Positions 10,987-21,475 of a stretch of 33,228 nucleotides of DNA are shown here, piece by piece. The stretch covers positions 99,084 through 132,311 of the forward strand of contig NW_008246092.1 of NCBI RefSeq assembly GCF_000281045.1. Reading direction: 5' to 3'. How positions within the stretch are numbered: position 1 is the first letter of the stretch; each line of letters starts with the position of its first letter. This stretch comes from Saprolegnia diclina VS20. Its lineage: Eukaryota. The position numbers were made by a program, and so were the translations under genes. A model generated the notes under the pieces. That model was not told the origin of the DNA. It worked only from the letters and a program-made list of their open reading frames with translations, and searched no databases.

Positions 10987-12897
10987 TCAGCTGTTGTCGC
11001 GACGCAGCGCGAGGAGCACTTGGTCGAGCGACTGCGACGGCTCGATCTTGCAGAGACCGCTAGTCGAAAGAATGCTCGCCGCTTGACCGCGTGCGTTGGC
11101 GAACGAGACAGTCGCGTCCAAGTGCGTGAGGCGCTCCTCGAGAATCTCAAACGTCTGGATCGAGGTGGCGTCAATGTCATGGAGGAACGTCGTGTCGAGG
11201 ACGACAAGGCGCCGGCCAGCATGCAAGACGAGCTGTGTCATAATGTACTGCGAGAGGAACTCGGCGTTGCCAAAGTAGAGCGAGCCTTCGACTCGCACGA
11301 TGAGTGTGTCGTTGGGCATGACGGCCTCGGGGTGCACGCTCGTGTCGACGTAGTGGCCGTCAGCATTGAGGCCGAGGAGGCAGACCACGGGGCGCTTGGT
11401 CTTGATCATGACAGCGAGGAGTGAGCACCCAATGGAGCCAAAGAGACCCGGGAGGATGCCAAGACCCACCGTGAGCACGAACGAGACCATCCAGACGTAG
11501 AATTCGTCGCGCTTGGCCTTGAAGAGCCACTTGGCTTCGTCGACCTCAATGAGCCAAAAGCCAGCGACGATAATGATCGACGCGAGGCTCGCCTTGGGGA
11601 GGTAGTAGAGAGCGTCGGTCAAGAAGAGCAGCACGAGGATGACCAATGTGACGGTGATGAACGAGGCCAGCTGCGTCTTGGCGCTCTGGACGTTCACCGC
11701 CGTACGGGACATACCACCGGTCGGTGGCATGACCTGGAAGAAGGCGCCAACGCCAGAGGCAAAGCCGAGCGCGAGCAGCTCTTGGTTCGAATCAATGTCA
11801 TAGTTGCCACGCACTGCGAGCCGCTTGGCGATCGCAACGCTGGTCGAGTAGACAACAAGTGCCATCGTCGCGGCTTGGAGGAGGATGCTGCCAAAGCTGT
11901 CGGTCTTGATCAAACCATCGCTGTAGCCATACCACGGCAGCACGACACTGGGCATGCCCTGCGGTACATGGCCCGTGACCTTGACGCGCTTCTCGCCAAT
12001 GAGGTACCCGGCGAGGATACCGAAGAAGCAAATGACAAGCGGGCCAAGATCGAGAAGCGTGCGCAAGAGGAAGAGGAAGACAGCTTTGGTCTTGCCACTA
12101 CCTTCTTGCAGTGCCGTCGTCTTGCGGAGGAGACCCTTCTCGGCTGGCTTGTCATGGTCTTCTTCCATCGTCGCGTAGTCGCCTTCGTTGAGCGAGAAGC
12201 CCCACTGCTCGCGGGGCGTCGCGACAGGATGCGTAGAACTGGGACCGTCGAGGAGCTCGGTGAGCTTGGGCGCCTCGACGAGGTGCTTCTTGGCGTACTT
12301 GAAGAACGCGAGCACAATCATCGAGAGAACTCCGATCGTGAACGAGATCCAGTTGATCTTGTTGAAGTTGTGGAAGATCTCGTAGATCGTTTGCAGCGGG
12401 TACGCGTGCGTCGGCAGCGACAGCTGGAGCCACGTTGGGAACTGCGCGACCATGATGAGGATGCCACCGGCCGAGAGGAAGCCGCCCATGACAGGTCGAG
12501 AGAAAAAGTCAGCGACGACACCGAGACGGAGGCAGCCCAGTGCAAAGTTGATACACCCGACAAGGAACGAGATGAGAATGCCGACAGCGACGCGCTCCTT
12601 CATGTTGGGGATCGTCTGGAGGTACGTGCCGACCATGAGACTCACTTCGGAGCCGTTGGCGACCGAGAGGACACGGGACGTGCCGAAGATCGTGTACAAG
12701 ACGGGCGTTAGCGCCGCTGTGTAGAGGCCATACTGCGCGGGCACGGCCATGACGTTGGCGAGCGAGATCTCTTGCGGTACGATCATCATGGCGACGGTCA
12801 CACCGGCAATCACGTCGAACTTGAGGTCGCGCTGGATGTTGTACGATGGCACCCACTGCAGCAGCGGAAAGAGCTTCTTGAGGCGGTGCTGAACCAT
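10987..12897 (-). CDS. SulP/SLC26 anion transporter with C-terminal STAS domain, paralog 1 (636 aa, intronless)
   Basis: DVIAGVTVAMMIVPQ, YGLY, FSRPVMGGF, NQELLALG, SRTAVN, LPKASLASII motifs and STAS (VRVEGSLYFGN..VLD..DIDATS). Confidence 0.93.
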   Translation of the reverse strand: MVQHRLKKLFPLLQWVPSYNIQRDLKFDVIAGVTVAMMIVPQEISLANVMAVPAQYGLYTAALTPVLYTIFGTSRVLSVANGSEVSLMVGTYLQTIPNMKERVAVGILISFLVGCINFALGCLRLGVVADFFSRPVMGGFLSAGGILIMVAQFPTWLQLSLPTHAYPLQTIYEIFHNFNKINWISFTIGVLSMIVLAFFKYAKKHLVEAPKLTELLDGPSSTHPVATPREQWGFSLNEGDYATMEEDHDKPAEKGLLRKTTALQEGSGKTKAVFLFLLRTLLDLGPLVICFFGILAGYLIGEKRVKVTGHVPQGMPSVVLPWYGYSDGLIKTDSFGSILLQAATMALVVYSTSVAIAKRLAVRGNYDIDSNQELLALGFASGVGAFFQVMPPTGGMSRTAVNVQSAKTQLASFITVTLVILVLLFLTDALYYLPKASLASIIIVAGFWLIEVDEAKWLFKAKRDEFYVWMVSFVLTVGLGILPGLFGSIGCSLLAVMIKTKRPVVCLLGLNADGHYVDTSVHPEAVMPNDTLIVRVEGSLYFGNAEFLSQYIMTQLVLHAGRRLVVLDTTFLHDIDATSIQTFEILEERLTHLDATVSFANARGQAASILSTSGLCKIEPSQSLDQVLLALRRDNS

Positions 12898-12919
12898 GGT
12901 GCACTAGGTAGCGCGAGGC

Positions 12920-12934
12920 AAAAGGCGAAGTGAA
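12920..12934 (-). promoter_or_regulatory. INR+FPR-like core promoter of SulP paralog 1
   Basis: Minus strand TTCACTTCGCCTTTT 23-37 nt upstream of the ATG, close to YCAYTYYNCAWTTT. Confidence 0.5.
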
Positions 12935-13300
12935 CTGAGCTTGTGCGACCAGGCTATCACGTCTGGAAAGGCGCGCGTTGTACGTTGAACTTCCAAATCG
13001 ATGTAGTGGTTATCATCCAAGGCAACGATAAGGGGATCGTAAAAGCGACACCTTGTTGAAACGTTTCCATACAACCCGCCCACGCACAGATATAAAGTGT
13101 ACGAAAAGGGGATTGCCTGCTTCTTGCCGCTATCATCGCCTATCACAGGAAAGCTGAGTACCACCCAAGAGTACCTTCCTGAACATTGCACTGGTGTTGT
13201 ATATGCCTGCTACAGCCAGGCGCGACGAGCTCGCGGAGCACGACCGCAACCAGTCCAAATGGAAGGATTGCTGGCGATGACTCTGAGAGATGCTGATCTA

Positions 13301-13334
13301 TGATTGGCCCCGCTGAATTTCGAGCTCCCAATCA
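13301..13334. promoter_or_regulatory. Inverted pair of CCAAT boxes between the divergent SulP genes
   Basis: TGATTGG (13301-13307) and CCAATCA (13328-13334). Confidence 0.45.
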
Positions 13335-13986
13335 GTGACCTCTGTTGCAGCGACAGATGGTGATCAGCGAGAGCGGTAAATTCGACGATAAGATCTTGGA
13401 TCTTTCCTCGTCGAAAACAACTTCCCAAGGACGTGCCAATATTCGGCTCGTTCCCAACATCGCCTCGCGTATCTCGTCCTCATTTGCGCTTGGCAAAAGC
13501 AGCCTTCGGTTGTCGGCGAAGGACTCATTGTGGCTGGTAACCAGAAGCCTCGAACCGGTGCGAGGCACGTGAACGAAGCGTGTAGACACCAAATTTCTGG
13601 TCCGTGCTTCGCGGTGGATGTTTCACCGTGGTACGACGAGACAACACTGATGGTACACGCAGCCCAACCACAGCAAACAAGCTCAGCAAACCGCAGTGAC
13701 CATCCTGACCAGAATCGTAGCACACGATTGTGGCTGGCAAATCTAGCCCACTCTGCAAGTACACGTACTAGTACATGAGTTATACCACACTTCCGGCTTG
13801 TCATTAAGCGCAGGCACATCTTGCACCACAAACTCAAGAACACAGGTGGCCCTTGAAGCGAGTTGCACGCCACGTCCCGTCCAAGCCAACAGCCGGCAGT
13901 GCTGGGAAATCCCAGTCATCCGGATACGGACAGCGGCCTTGCCGGATGGCGGGCGCAGCGCCAAGCAGCACCATTCGGCAGGTCGC

Positions 13987-15915
13987 ATGGCACGAGGTCG
14001 GTGGTCGCGGCGTTTCCCGCTGCTGGAGTGGGTACCTGCGTACGATGTCCAGCGCGATCTCAAGTTTGATTTGATTGCCGGCGTGACCGTCGCCATGATG
14101 ATTGTGCCGCAAGAGATCTCGCTCGCCAACGTCATGAACGTGCCGCCGCAGTATGGCCTCTACACGGCCGCGATGACGCCGGCGCTCTACACGATCTTTG
14201 GCACGTCCCGCGTCCTCTCGGTCGCCAACGGCGCCGAAGTGAGTCTCATGGTCGGCACGTACCTCCAGACGATCCCAACCGCCGCAGAGCGCATCGCGGT
14301 GGGCATTTTCCTCTCGTTTCTGATTGGCGCCATCAATATTGTGCTCGGGTGCCTCCAGCTCGGCGTGATCGCCGACTTTTTCTCCCGACCTGTCATGGGC
14401 GGCTTCCTCTCTGGCGGCGGTGTCCTCATCATGATCTCGCAGCTGCCGACGTGGTTCCAGCTGAAGCTGCCAACGTCGTCGTACCCGCTCGAGACGCTCT
14501 ACCGCGTGTGCACGCATCTCGGCGACGCCAACGGTATCTCATTTGGCATCGGTCTTGTCTCGATCATTGTGCTCTCGCTCTTCAAGTATGCGAAAGCGCA
14601 CTGGGTCGAGGCGCCAAAACTCAACGAGCTACTCGAGTCCCCGCGCGCGTTCCAGCCGCTGCACGAGTCCGCAGCGCCGCTCGCGTCGCACCGGACATGG
14701 GGCTTTTCACTCACCGACTCGGACTTTGCTTCCATGGAGCACCTCCCGTCGGCGCCCATGCCCAGTGACAGTGGTGAGGAACTACCATTGCGCGCTGCGT
14801 CGTCATCGTCATCGTCGTCCAAGGCATGCAAGGTTGTCATCTTTGTGCTCAAGACGTGCCTCGACCTCGGCCCGCTCTTTATCTGCGCGTTTGGCGTTCT
14901 CGCCGGGTACCTCATTGGCGAATCCCGCGTCAAGGTCACGGGTCATGTGCCCCAAGGTCTTCCGTCGCCGGTGCTGCCGTGGTACGGCTATACCGAGCAC
15001 ATCATCACGTCGGTCGATTTTTCTGATGTGGCTTTGCAAGCCGCGACGATCGCCGTCATTGTCTACTCGACGAGTATCGCGATGGCCAAGCGGCTCGCGG
15101 TGCGCGGCAACTACGACATTGACGCTAACCAGGAGCTGCTCGGCCTCGGCTTTGCATCCGCCATCGGCGCCTTCTTCCAGGTCATGCCACCGACCGGCGG
15201 TATGTCCCGCACGGCTGTCAATGTGCAGAGCGCACGCACGCAACTCGCGTCTTTTGTGACCGTCGTGCTCGTGCTGTTTGTGCTGCTCTTCCTCACCAAC
15301 GTGCTCCATTTTCTACCCAAAGCAAGTCTTGCGGCCATCATCATTGTCGCTGGCTACTGGCTCATCGAGACGCACGAGGCGACGTGGCTGTATACCGCCA
15401 AGCGCGATGAGTTCTACGTCTGGATCCTCTCGTTCGTGCTCACGATCGGACTCGGGATCCTACCGGGCCTCTTTAGCTCCATTGGGTGCTCGCTCCTCGC
15501 CGTCATGATCAAGACCAAGCGCCCGAACGTGTGTCTCCTCGGCGAAACCGAGGACGGCCATATCGTCGACTTGAGCCTTCACAATGAGGTCGCCGCGCGC
15601 GTGCCCGACGACGCCATCTTGGTCCGCGTCGAGGGCTCGCTTTACTTTGGCAACGCCGAGTTTGTGTCGCAGTTTTTGCTCTCGCAAGTCGTACTGCACC
15701 CGGGGCGACGCCTCGTCGTGCTGGATGCGAGTTACCTCTATGACGTGGACGCGACGGCTCTTCAAGTACTTGCGACGGTGGCCGAGCGACTGGGTACGCA
15801 AGGCATCCGGTTCTCGGTCGCAGGCGCGCGCGGTGTCGTCGCGTCGAGCTTGGAGACGCTTCTGGACGTGAGCACGTTGCCGTTGAGCCTTGCGCTTCTG
15901 CAAGTGCGTCGTTGA
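13987..15915 (+). CDS. SulP/SLC26 anion transporter with STAS domain, paralog 2 (642 aa, intronless)
   Basis: ATG 13987 (MARGRWSRRFPLLEW) aligns with the start of paralog 1. Same motifs, colinear along the full length. Confidence 0.93.
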   Translation: MARGRWSRRFPLLEWVPAYDVQRDLKFDLIAGVTVAMMIVPQEISLANVMNVPPQYGLYTAAMTPALYTIFGTSRVLSVANGAEVSLMVGTYLQTIPTAAERIAVGIFLSFLIGAINIVLGCLQLGVIADFFSRPVMGGFLSGGGVLIMISQLPTWFQLKLPTSSYPLETLYRVCTHLGDANGISFGIGLVSIIVLSLFKYAKAHWVEAPKLNELLESPRAFQPLHESAAPLASHRTWGFSLTDSDFASMEHLPSAPMPSDSGEELPLRAASSSSSSSKACKVVIFVLKTCLDLGPLFICAFGVLAGYLIGESRVKVTGHVPQGLPSPVLPWYGYTEHIITSVDFSDVALQAATIAVIVYSTSIAMAKRLAVRGNYDIDANQELLGLGFASAIGAFFQVMPPTGGMSRTAVNVQSARTQLASFVTVVLVLFVLLFLTNVLHFLPKASLAAIIIVAGYWLIETHEATWLYTAKRDEFYVWILSFVLTIGLGILPGLFSSIGCSLLAVMIKTKRPNVCLLGETEDGHIVDLSLHNEVAARVPDDAILVRVEGSLYFGNAEFVSQFLLSQVVLHPGRRLVVLDASYLYDVDATALQVLATVAERLGTQGIRFSVAGARGVVASSLETLLDVSTLPLSLALLQVRR

Positions 15916-16816
15916 ATAAGTAGCTACACGATCCGCGGATGTTTTGCAAGGCTAGCGATGGGTTTGCGTAGTAATGCTATCTGTGGTCGGTGCACTTTGA
16001 TGCGGAGTAGCTTGACGCCAGATCGTGCTCCAGTCGCCCTACTGACCTCGTATGCTACAGTGCACACGACACCTGGCAACTGCCTTGCTCCCGAAAACTT
16101 ATTGAAGTTGCCGTGGCTATCCCACTGGTCCGAAACCCGCGTCTTGACGTACAGGGACATCCCTGGACAGCGAGCGCATAAGCGACCCGTGCACGCCAGC
16201 GTTGCCACAGTAGCCGCCGGGTCCGTGCGCCTCGACCGGCCACGGCATCTACGGTACCCATGTAGTAGCGAGTAGCTCGGACCCGGCCACATACGCGCCG
16301 TCTTGTCCAACGCGCACAGTACACCAAGTCCGCACTAGCAGCACGAATGCAAAGTTCTTCGTATGTAGCAGGATGAGCAGCGCGGCGGTGCGCGTCCGTG
16401 GGCTGATTGATGGCCAAGAATTACTCGCGGGTTCGCTCCTGGCTCGTGCACGACGCGCTTGTGAAGCGGTCGCTGGACGCATATCAGTGGGCCATCTCGG
16501 CAGGTGTTGCGCCGTTCTCGATCGTGCCAGACGACTAGTTCGGGACAGCATTAGTTATTTGCGGGGCTGGGCACCTTCAACGAGTTGCTTGCTGGTGCCA
16601 GTGTGGAGGCAGGTCAATTCCCCACATCTTTCAAGTAAGTCCAGAGGTGTTCAAAAAGATAGCCAATCACAGTGCCCGACACTAGCTTCTACGTCCAATG
16701 AAACGCGGGCTGGCAGCCTTAGGGGCCGTGTGTTCACCGTTGCCCGCAGCTGCGGCGGCGCGGCGAGAGGCAGCATTTTGGGATTTCTGAAGCCTCGCAC
16801 AAGCAAGACGACAAGC

Positions 16817-17353
16817 ATGATGGTCGAGCAGCCCATGTGCAGCGATAAGTACTCGATGGCGTACCTCCTTCAAGACGTTTCGCCCCACACGACGTCGGTC
16901 TGGGAGTATGTGCTGCAGCATGGCGCGTTCCCGCCCGAGCTCTTTAGCCGCCAAGACGACGCGTCGCCGACCGACGACGAGTCGGACGACCATAGTAGCA
17001 CCATCAAGAAGGCGTGCTCGTCCGACTACTCGAACCTCGACGGCGTCCGCACCGGCCGCTGGTCCAAGGAAGAGGAAGAGTACGCGAACGCGATGATTGA
17101 AGCGTTCAAGACGGGCGTGTTGCCGCTCCCGGGCACCATGAGCATGCGCAAGTTCGTCTCGGAGCTCCTCCGGTGTCACCCGATGCGCGTGAGCAAGAAG
17201 TTTGTCGGGTATGTGCGAAAGTACCACTGGTACACGACGCACCTCGCCGAGTCGACGGACGGCGTCGCGCCCCACATCGTGCTCGCCATGTACGCGCAAT
17301 TGAGCCGCCTCGAGCAAGCCTTCTGGTCCTCGGAGCCGCTCCACGCGTCGTAA
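16817..17353 (+). CDS. Myb/SANT-like putative DNA-binding protein of a stramenopile family (178 aa)
   Basis: RTGRWSKEEEEYANAMIEAFKTGVLPL...MRKFVSELLRCHPMRVSKKF has a Myb-like GxWxxEE start and the PMRxSKKF motif I recall from stramenopile hypothetical proteins. Coding-type codon bias begins at ATG 16817. CCAAT box at 16661-16669. Confidence 0.7.
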   Translation: MMVEQPMCSDKYSMAYLLQDVSPHTTSVWEYVLQHGAFPPELFSRQDDASPTDDESDDHSSTIKKACSSDYSNLDGVRTGRWSKEEEEYANAMIEAFKTGVLPLPGTMSMRKFVSELLRCHPMRVSKKFVGYVRKYHWYTTHLAESTDGVAPHIVLAMYAQLSRLEQAFWSSEPLHAS

Positions 17354-18214
17354 GCACGATTTCTGTCCATTATTAAGTTATCAAAAGAATGCATTCTATT
17401 TCGCTGTACATTTCATCACATCATTTCGCTGCTCCACGAACGCGAGTTGGCGCGACGATCTTCGTGCGCCTCTGCGTATCTATGCTGCGCAATGCGAGGA
17501 ACTTCCGTGGCTCGAGTATGCGCACGTGTCAGTATTGTTGGACCACGGGCGGCGTCGCCCACATAAGACGTCGACCCTTGCCTCAGCTGGATCCGCTCAG
17601 CTGACGTCGGCCGGATGCATCATCGATTAGGATTGCACATCACATGGCGATCTTGGCGACTGGGTACCACCCCGGGACCCACCGACAGTGGGGTGCTGGT
17701 CCATATAGAAGGACTCCGTTGTGGGGGGTGGACCGAAATTTAAATAGTCTTTGCGTGTAGGATGGTCGCACTCGGATGATCGCGTTTTGCATGCATTCGT
17801 TCCAAACCGTGAGAGGAGTACACAAGAGGCACGTACGTTTATACTGTGCAACCCTTCCTATGACCCCTCGAGGCTGGCGGCGGCTCTGAAATTGCTGTGG
17901 ACTTCAGCCGCGTTCGGTTACTACACTATTTCATTACAAGTATATATTGAAATGGTGTTGCTTTCCCTTGCGGTCAACTCCAAGCGGCGCGCGTTTGCAT
18001 TAAAATGTGGGATATTGCACTCGTCTTTTAATGCACAGACCGAAGCATTTTCACGCACCTATCTTTAAAAATAGTATTATGAGACATCGAAAATAATAAA
18101 CAGACGCACGATATAAAATAAATCATGCCACGACAAATGCGACGCGAAATTAAATTCCAACTGACTGTTTGTGGCTGGCTGTGGGCCGTCATTTTCGAAG
18201 CGGTGGCCGTGAAA

Positions 18215-18808
18215 ATGAGCAAGTGGGTCCCGTACAAGCCGTGGAAGATCGAGTCGTATCTTTCGCCCGAGCTGCGCCAGAAGCTCCGCGAGAAGCTCGT
18301 CTTCGTCGTCGCCTCGGGCACGCAGCAGGCGTACCAGTCGCCCACGACGGAGCAGAACTTCCGCTACCCGGCGCCGACGAGCCACAAGGAGGAGGCCCAC
18401 GTGCCGTCCACGGGCTCCAAGAAGAACGTCTACAGCACGCAGTACTACACGCGTGATGTGCGCCGCTTCAAGAAGTGGAACAAGGCCGAAGTTGGCATCC
18501 ACCCGTCGCTTGCGATCGCGCCGCCGGCGGAGCTGCCGGCTGACACCTTTCTTGGTAGCCCGGGCAACAAGAACCCCGCTGTTTTGGCGTACGACCCGAC
18601 GGGCACGCGCTCGGCCATGTCGACGACCTTTGCTGCTCGCGACAGCCTCATTGAAGCGCTCGGCGAAGACACCCACTTGGTGCGCATGGAGTGGGAGCCG
18701 TTCCAGGCCGAGATCGTTGCCGAGTACGAGGCCAACGGCACGCCGCCAGTGCCCGGTCGCCCATTCCCGTGGGACATGCCCAACCGGTCGCGCATTGCGC
18801 GCTGGTAA
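18215..18808 (+). CDS. NDUFA7: Mitochondrial complex I accessory subunit, NDUFA7/B14.5a-like (197 aa)
   Basis: KPWKI...FRYPAP...VP...NVYSTQYYTRDVRR resembles plant and fungal B14.5a motifs (KPWxI; YxxRDxRR). INR-like TCATTTTC at 18189. Confidence 0.65.
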   Translation: MSKWVPYKPWKIESYLSPELRQKLREKLVFVVASGTQQAYQSPTTEQNFRYPAPTSHKEEAHVPSTGSKKNVYSTQYYTRDVRRFKKWNKAEVGIHPSLAIAPPAELPADTFLGSPGNKNPAVLAYDPTGTRSAMSTTFAARDSLIEALGEDTHLVRMEWEPFQAEIVAEYEANGTPPVPGRPFPWDMPNRSRIARW

Positions 18809-18948
18809 GGCGTTGGGCAATGGTACTGCATCTGTATAGGACATCTTATTGGGACACACAGCAAGAGCCTTGTACGATTGAAAATATAGATATCGTTGTT
18901 CGTCGTGTTGTCGCAGGTGGAGTGCTAATGTACATGAAGGCTATTCGT

Positions 18949-19416
18949 TCAGCGCGACAAGAACGAGTGCTGTCGCCCCGTCGATCGCTGCGAGAAGCCG
19001 CGCAGAAACATTTCGTCCTCGTCTTCCTCGTCGGGCATTTGACTAAAGCGCTGTGACGTGACCGTGTGGTGGAACTGCGGCGCGGCGAGCGCGCTCTCGG
19101 GCAGCAACAATTGGCCGCGAGCAAAGGCCATGCGCGCAAACATAGCACTTGTGTCATCTTCGCCGTGGACGCCGCTGGCCTTGTTGATCGCGGTGACCGC
19201 GTCCTCGGCGACTTGGCGGGCTGGGAATTCGAGGAAGCCAAAGCCTTTCGCGTCAAAACTCATCGGGTCGTGCTCGAACGAGACGGAGACAACGAGACCG
19301 TAGGTGCCAAAGTGGCGCATCATTGCGCTCTCGTTGAGCAGCCACGCTGGCATCTCGCCCACGTACACACGGTGGGTCGCGATCGGTGCATCTTGCACCG
19401 GCGTCGACGCCATCAT
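18949..19416 (-). CDS. Single-RRM RNA-binding protein (~155 aa)
   Basis: RNP2-like RVYVGEM, RNP1 KGFGFLEF, and AxxAVTAIN helix. Start codon is uncertain. Confidence 0.75.
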   Translation of the reverse strand: MMASTPVQDAPIATHRVYVGEMPAWLLNESAMMRHFGTYGLVVSVSFEHDPMSFDAKGFGFLEFPARQVAEDAVTAINKASGVHGEDDTSAMFARMAFARGQLLLPESALAAPQFHHTVTSQRFSQMPDEEDEDEMFLRGFSQRSTGRQHSFLSR

Positions 19417-20046
19417 GACCACCAAGATGCCAAACTGCTTGTGAAGCATCGAAGTTCGAAGCTAGACCGAAATCGAAGTTTCCATACCAGGATGGTCCAA
19501 CGCCCAGCTTGCCCTTTGCCCTCGTCGTCTCCGTCTTGCCCCAGCCTCGTCCAGCGTTACGTGTGCGAACTGCACGAGCAACGCGGGCACGGGATCAGGT
19601 TCTCGGCTGCGCGAGGCGGTTCAACTTCTCGTCGCCTTCTTCCGAGTTGCGCCAGCCGGGCGCCAGCCCCGATCCCCTGCGTTGAAGCCACATCAGCAAT
19701 AAGTAGCCAGCATAGCATTGGTCACGTGAACGCGCTCGTGGCTTCCGTGGTGGCAATGGCCCATTGCCAACGGTCTCGCACTTCCCACACGAGCTTTCCA
19801 CGTGTTGAAGTTCGGGCCCATTTTGCTTTTACCCTCCTCCGTGTCGTTGAAGCCGTCGCTTTGGCTCCTCTATACACTGTACTACCGGTAGTACTCGCAG
19901 CAGGCGCTTGTGGTCGTCGTGCCCGAGGCTGGAGCGGTGCACCTCGGGTGCGCGAATACCGTTGGGATGCAAGCGCCACGTGCTGCTTGATACGCAGCGA
20001 CTCGACATCGCCGCTGATTGGCTCGATATTTTTAAGATACCACCCT

Positions 20047-20063
20047 TGATTGGCTAAAAATCG
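20047..20063 (+). promoter_or_regulatory. Extended inverted CCAAT box upstream of the FN3 gene (second box at 20015-20022)
   Basis: TGATTGGCTAAAAATCG about 60 nt before ATG 20125. Confidence 0.6.
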
Positions 20064-20124
20064 GCGAAGGAAATAGAATGTGTGCGACGGGGGTCCTTCT
20101 CGCTGCCAGTTCCGAGATTTCAGC

Positions 20125-21366
20125 ATGCAGCCCCGCGTCGAAGTCGTGAGCAAGACGAACGTGTCCTTGACGGTGGCCGTGCTGCCTGCAGCCGCCAAGT
20201 TCCAGCTGGTAGACATGCCATGGGCATGGCAGGTTCATCATGGCGGCCATAGGCGTACAGCGAATATGGCTACGTGTACTACTCGTGGACCGAGGTGGAG
20301 GCGACGGGGTCGCCATTGACGATCAAGGGTCTGCAGCCCAACACGTGCTACGTGTGCAAGGCGCGCCTCTTCAGCGATGAGACGAATCAGTGGCTCGAGT
20401 ATGGCCCGATCAGCCAGTACATGCGCACGTTTACCGAGGAGGAAGAGACAAAGCGGTCGGGCACCTACTACGAACACGTACGCCCAGCGCGACTCAAGGA
20501 TTGCAGACGAACCTTGGCTCCATAGGCACTCAAGATGGAGCGCCAACATCGCACCGAGATGCAGCAGCAGATCCAGCGACTGCAAAAGATGTACCGCCAG
20601 CCACGTAGTCAGGGATCTGACGACGGGCGTAGGCTCAGCGACCCGTCGAGTCCCCGCGGTAACAAGAAGCGCCAGCCCTCGGCCCAAGAGAACCTCATGG
20701 CAAGCCGTATGGACATGGACGTGAACATTGCCAAGCTGCGGAACGAGCTCTTGTACGATGATGAACACCTGTCCTTTTGGGCAGACTCTGAAATGCAAGT
20801 GTAGGGAGCAAGCGGCGACGATGAAGTCGCTCGAGAAGCAGCGCAAGCTCGACGAGGAGGTCATTACCGAGCTTTTGAACGAGCAAGAGAAGCTGCGCAC
20901 GCTGCAGGAGACGGCGCAATCGTCGGCGTCGGACCAAGCGGAGATTGCGCGTCTGCAGGCGCTTTTGAGTGCGAACGAAGCCCAGCTACACAACCACCAG
21001 AACCAAGCGATCCATGGTCAGTCGCAGATTGAGACGTACGAGCGGTCGCTCGACCAGAAGCGGCAAGAGATTGCGGTCAAGGAGATGGAGGTCGAGCGGC
21101 TCATGGACGACTGCCAGCGCGTGATGCAAGAAGCCGCGGACGTGGCCCACTGCAAGCAGCTCGAGCTTGAAGAAGGCCTTTTGGAAGCCAAGAATGCGCT
21201 CGAGCGCCAAATGGACAACAATGCGATGCTGCACGAAGAAATCAACCGTCTCCGGACCGAGAACTCGCAGCTGAAGCAGTCGATCGAGGAGTTTGACTCG
21301 AAGATCGCGCCCAAGCTCGTCCAGCTCGAGGAAGAGAACGAGTATCTCAAGCGCCGACTGCAGTAG
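20125..21366 (+). CDS. Fibronectin type III domain plus long coiled-coil protein; exons 20125-20208, 20253-20477, 20526-20752, 20805-21366; 365 aa
   Basis: SLTV...W...LTIKGLQPNTCYVCKAR (FN3 signature) followed by E/Q/K/L-rich heptads. Three GT-AG introns of 44-52 nt give 1098 nt in frame. Confidence 0.8.
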
Positions 21367-21475
21367 ATGGAGTTCGGTCCCGCGTGGGCGCGTAGCCTTA
21401 TCACTAATATACCGTCGTCCACGCTTTCGTCACGAATTAGTGTTGCAACGGCTGCGCGCATCGGTTTCGGGCGCC

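Noticed and set aside
11784..11793. GGTTCGAATC resembling a tRNA T-loop / B box
   Set aside because: Lies inside the SulP CDS (antisense of DSNQ codons) with no cloverleaf around it.
13332..13592. Short minus-strand ORF between the SulP genes (..ANEDEIREAMLG..)
   Set aside because: No recognisable domain, weak codon bias and no ATG start; at most a remnant.
13798..13986. N-terminal extensions given by the ORF track (SulP2 from 13798, Myb-like from 16373, MAM33 from 936, channel from 26102)
   Set aside because: They lack coding bias, mostly start at non-ATG codons and overlap promoter motifs; paralog alignment supports the downstream ATG for SulP2.
19066..20049. 327-aa plus-strand ORF overlapping the RRM gene
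   Set aside because: Antisense shadow continuing into promoter DNA; low-complexity Arg/Ser/Ala composition and no motifs.
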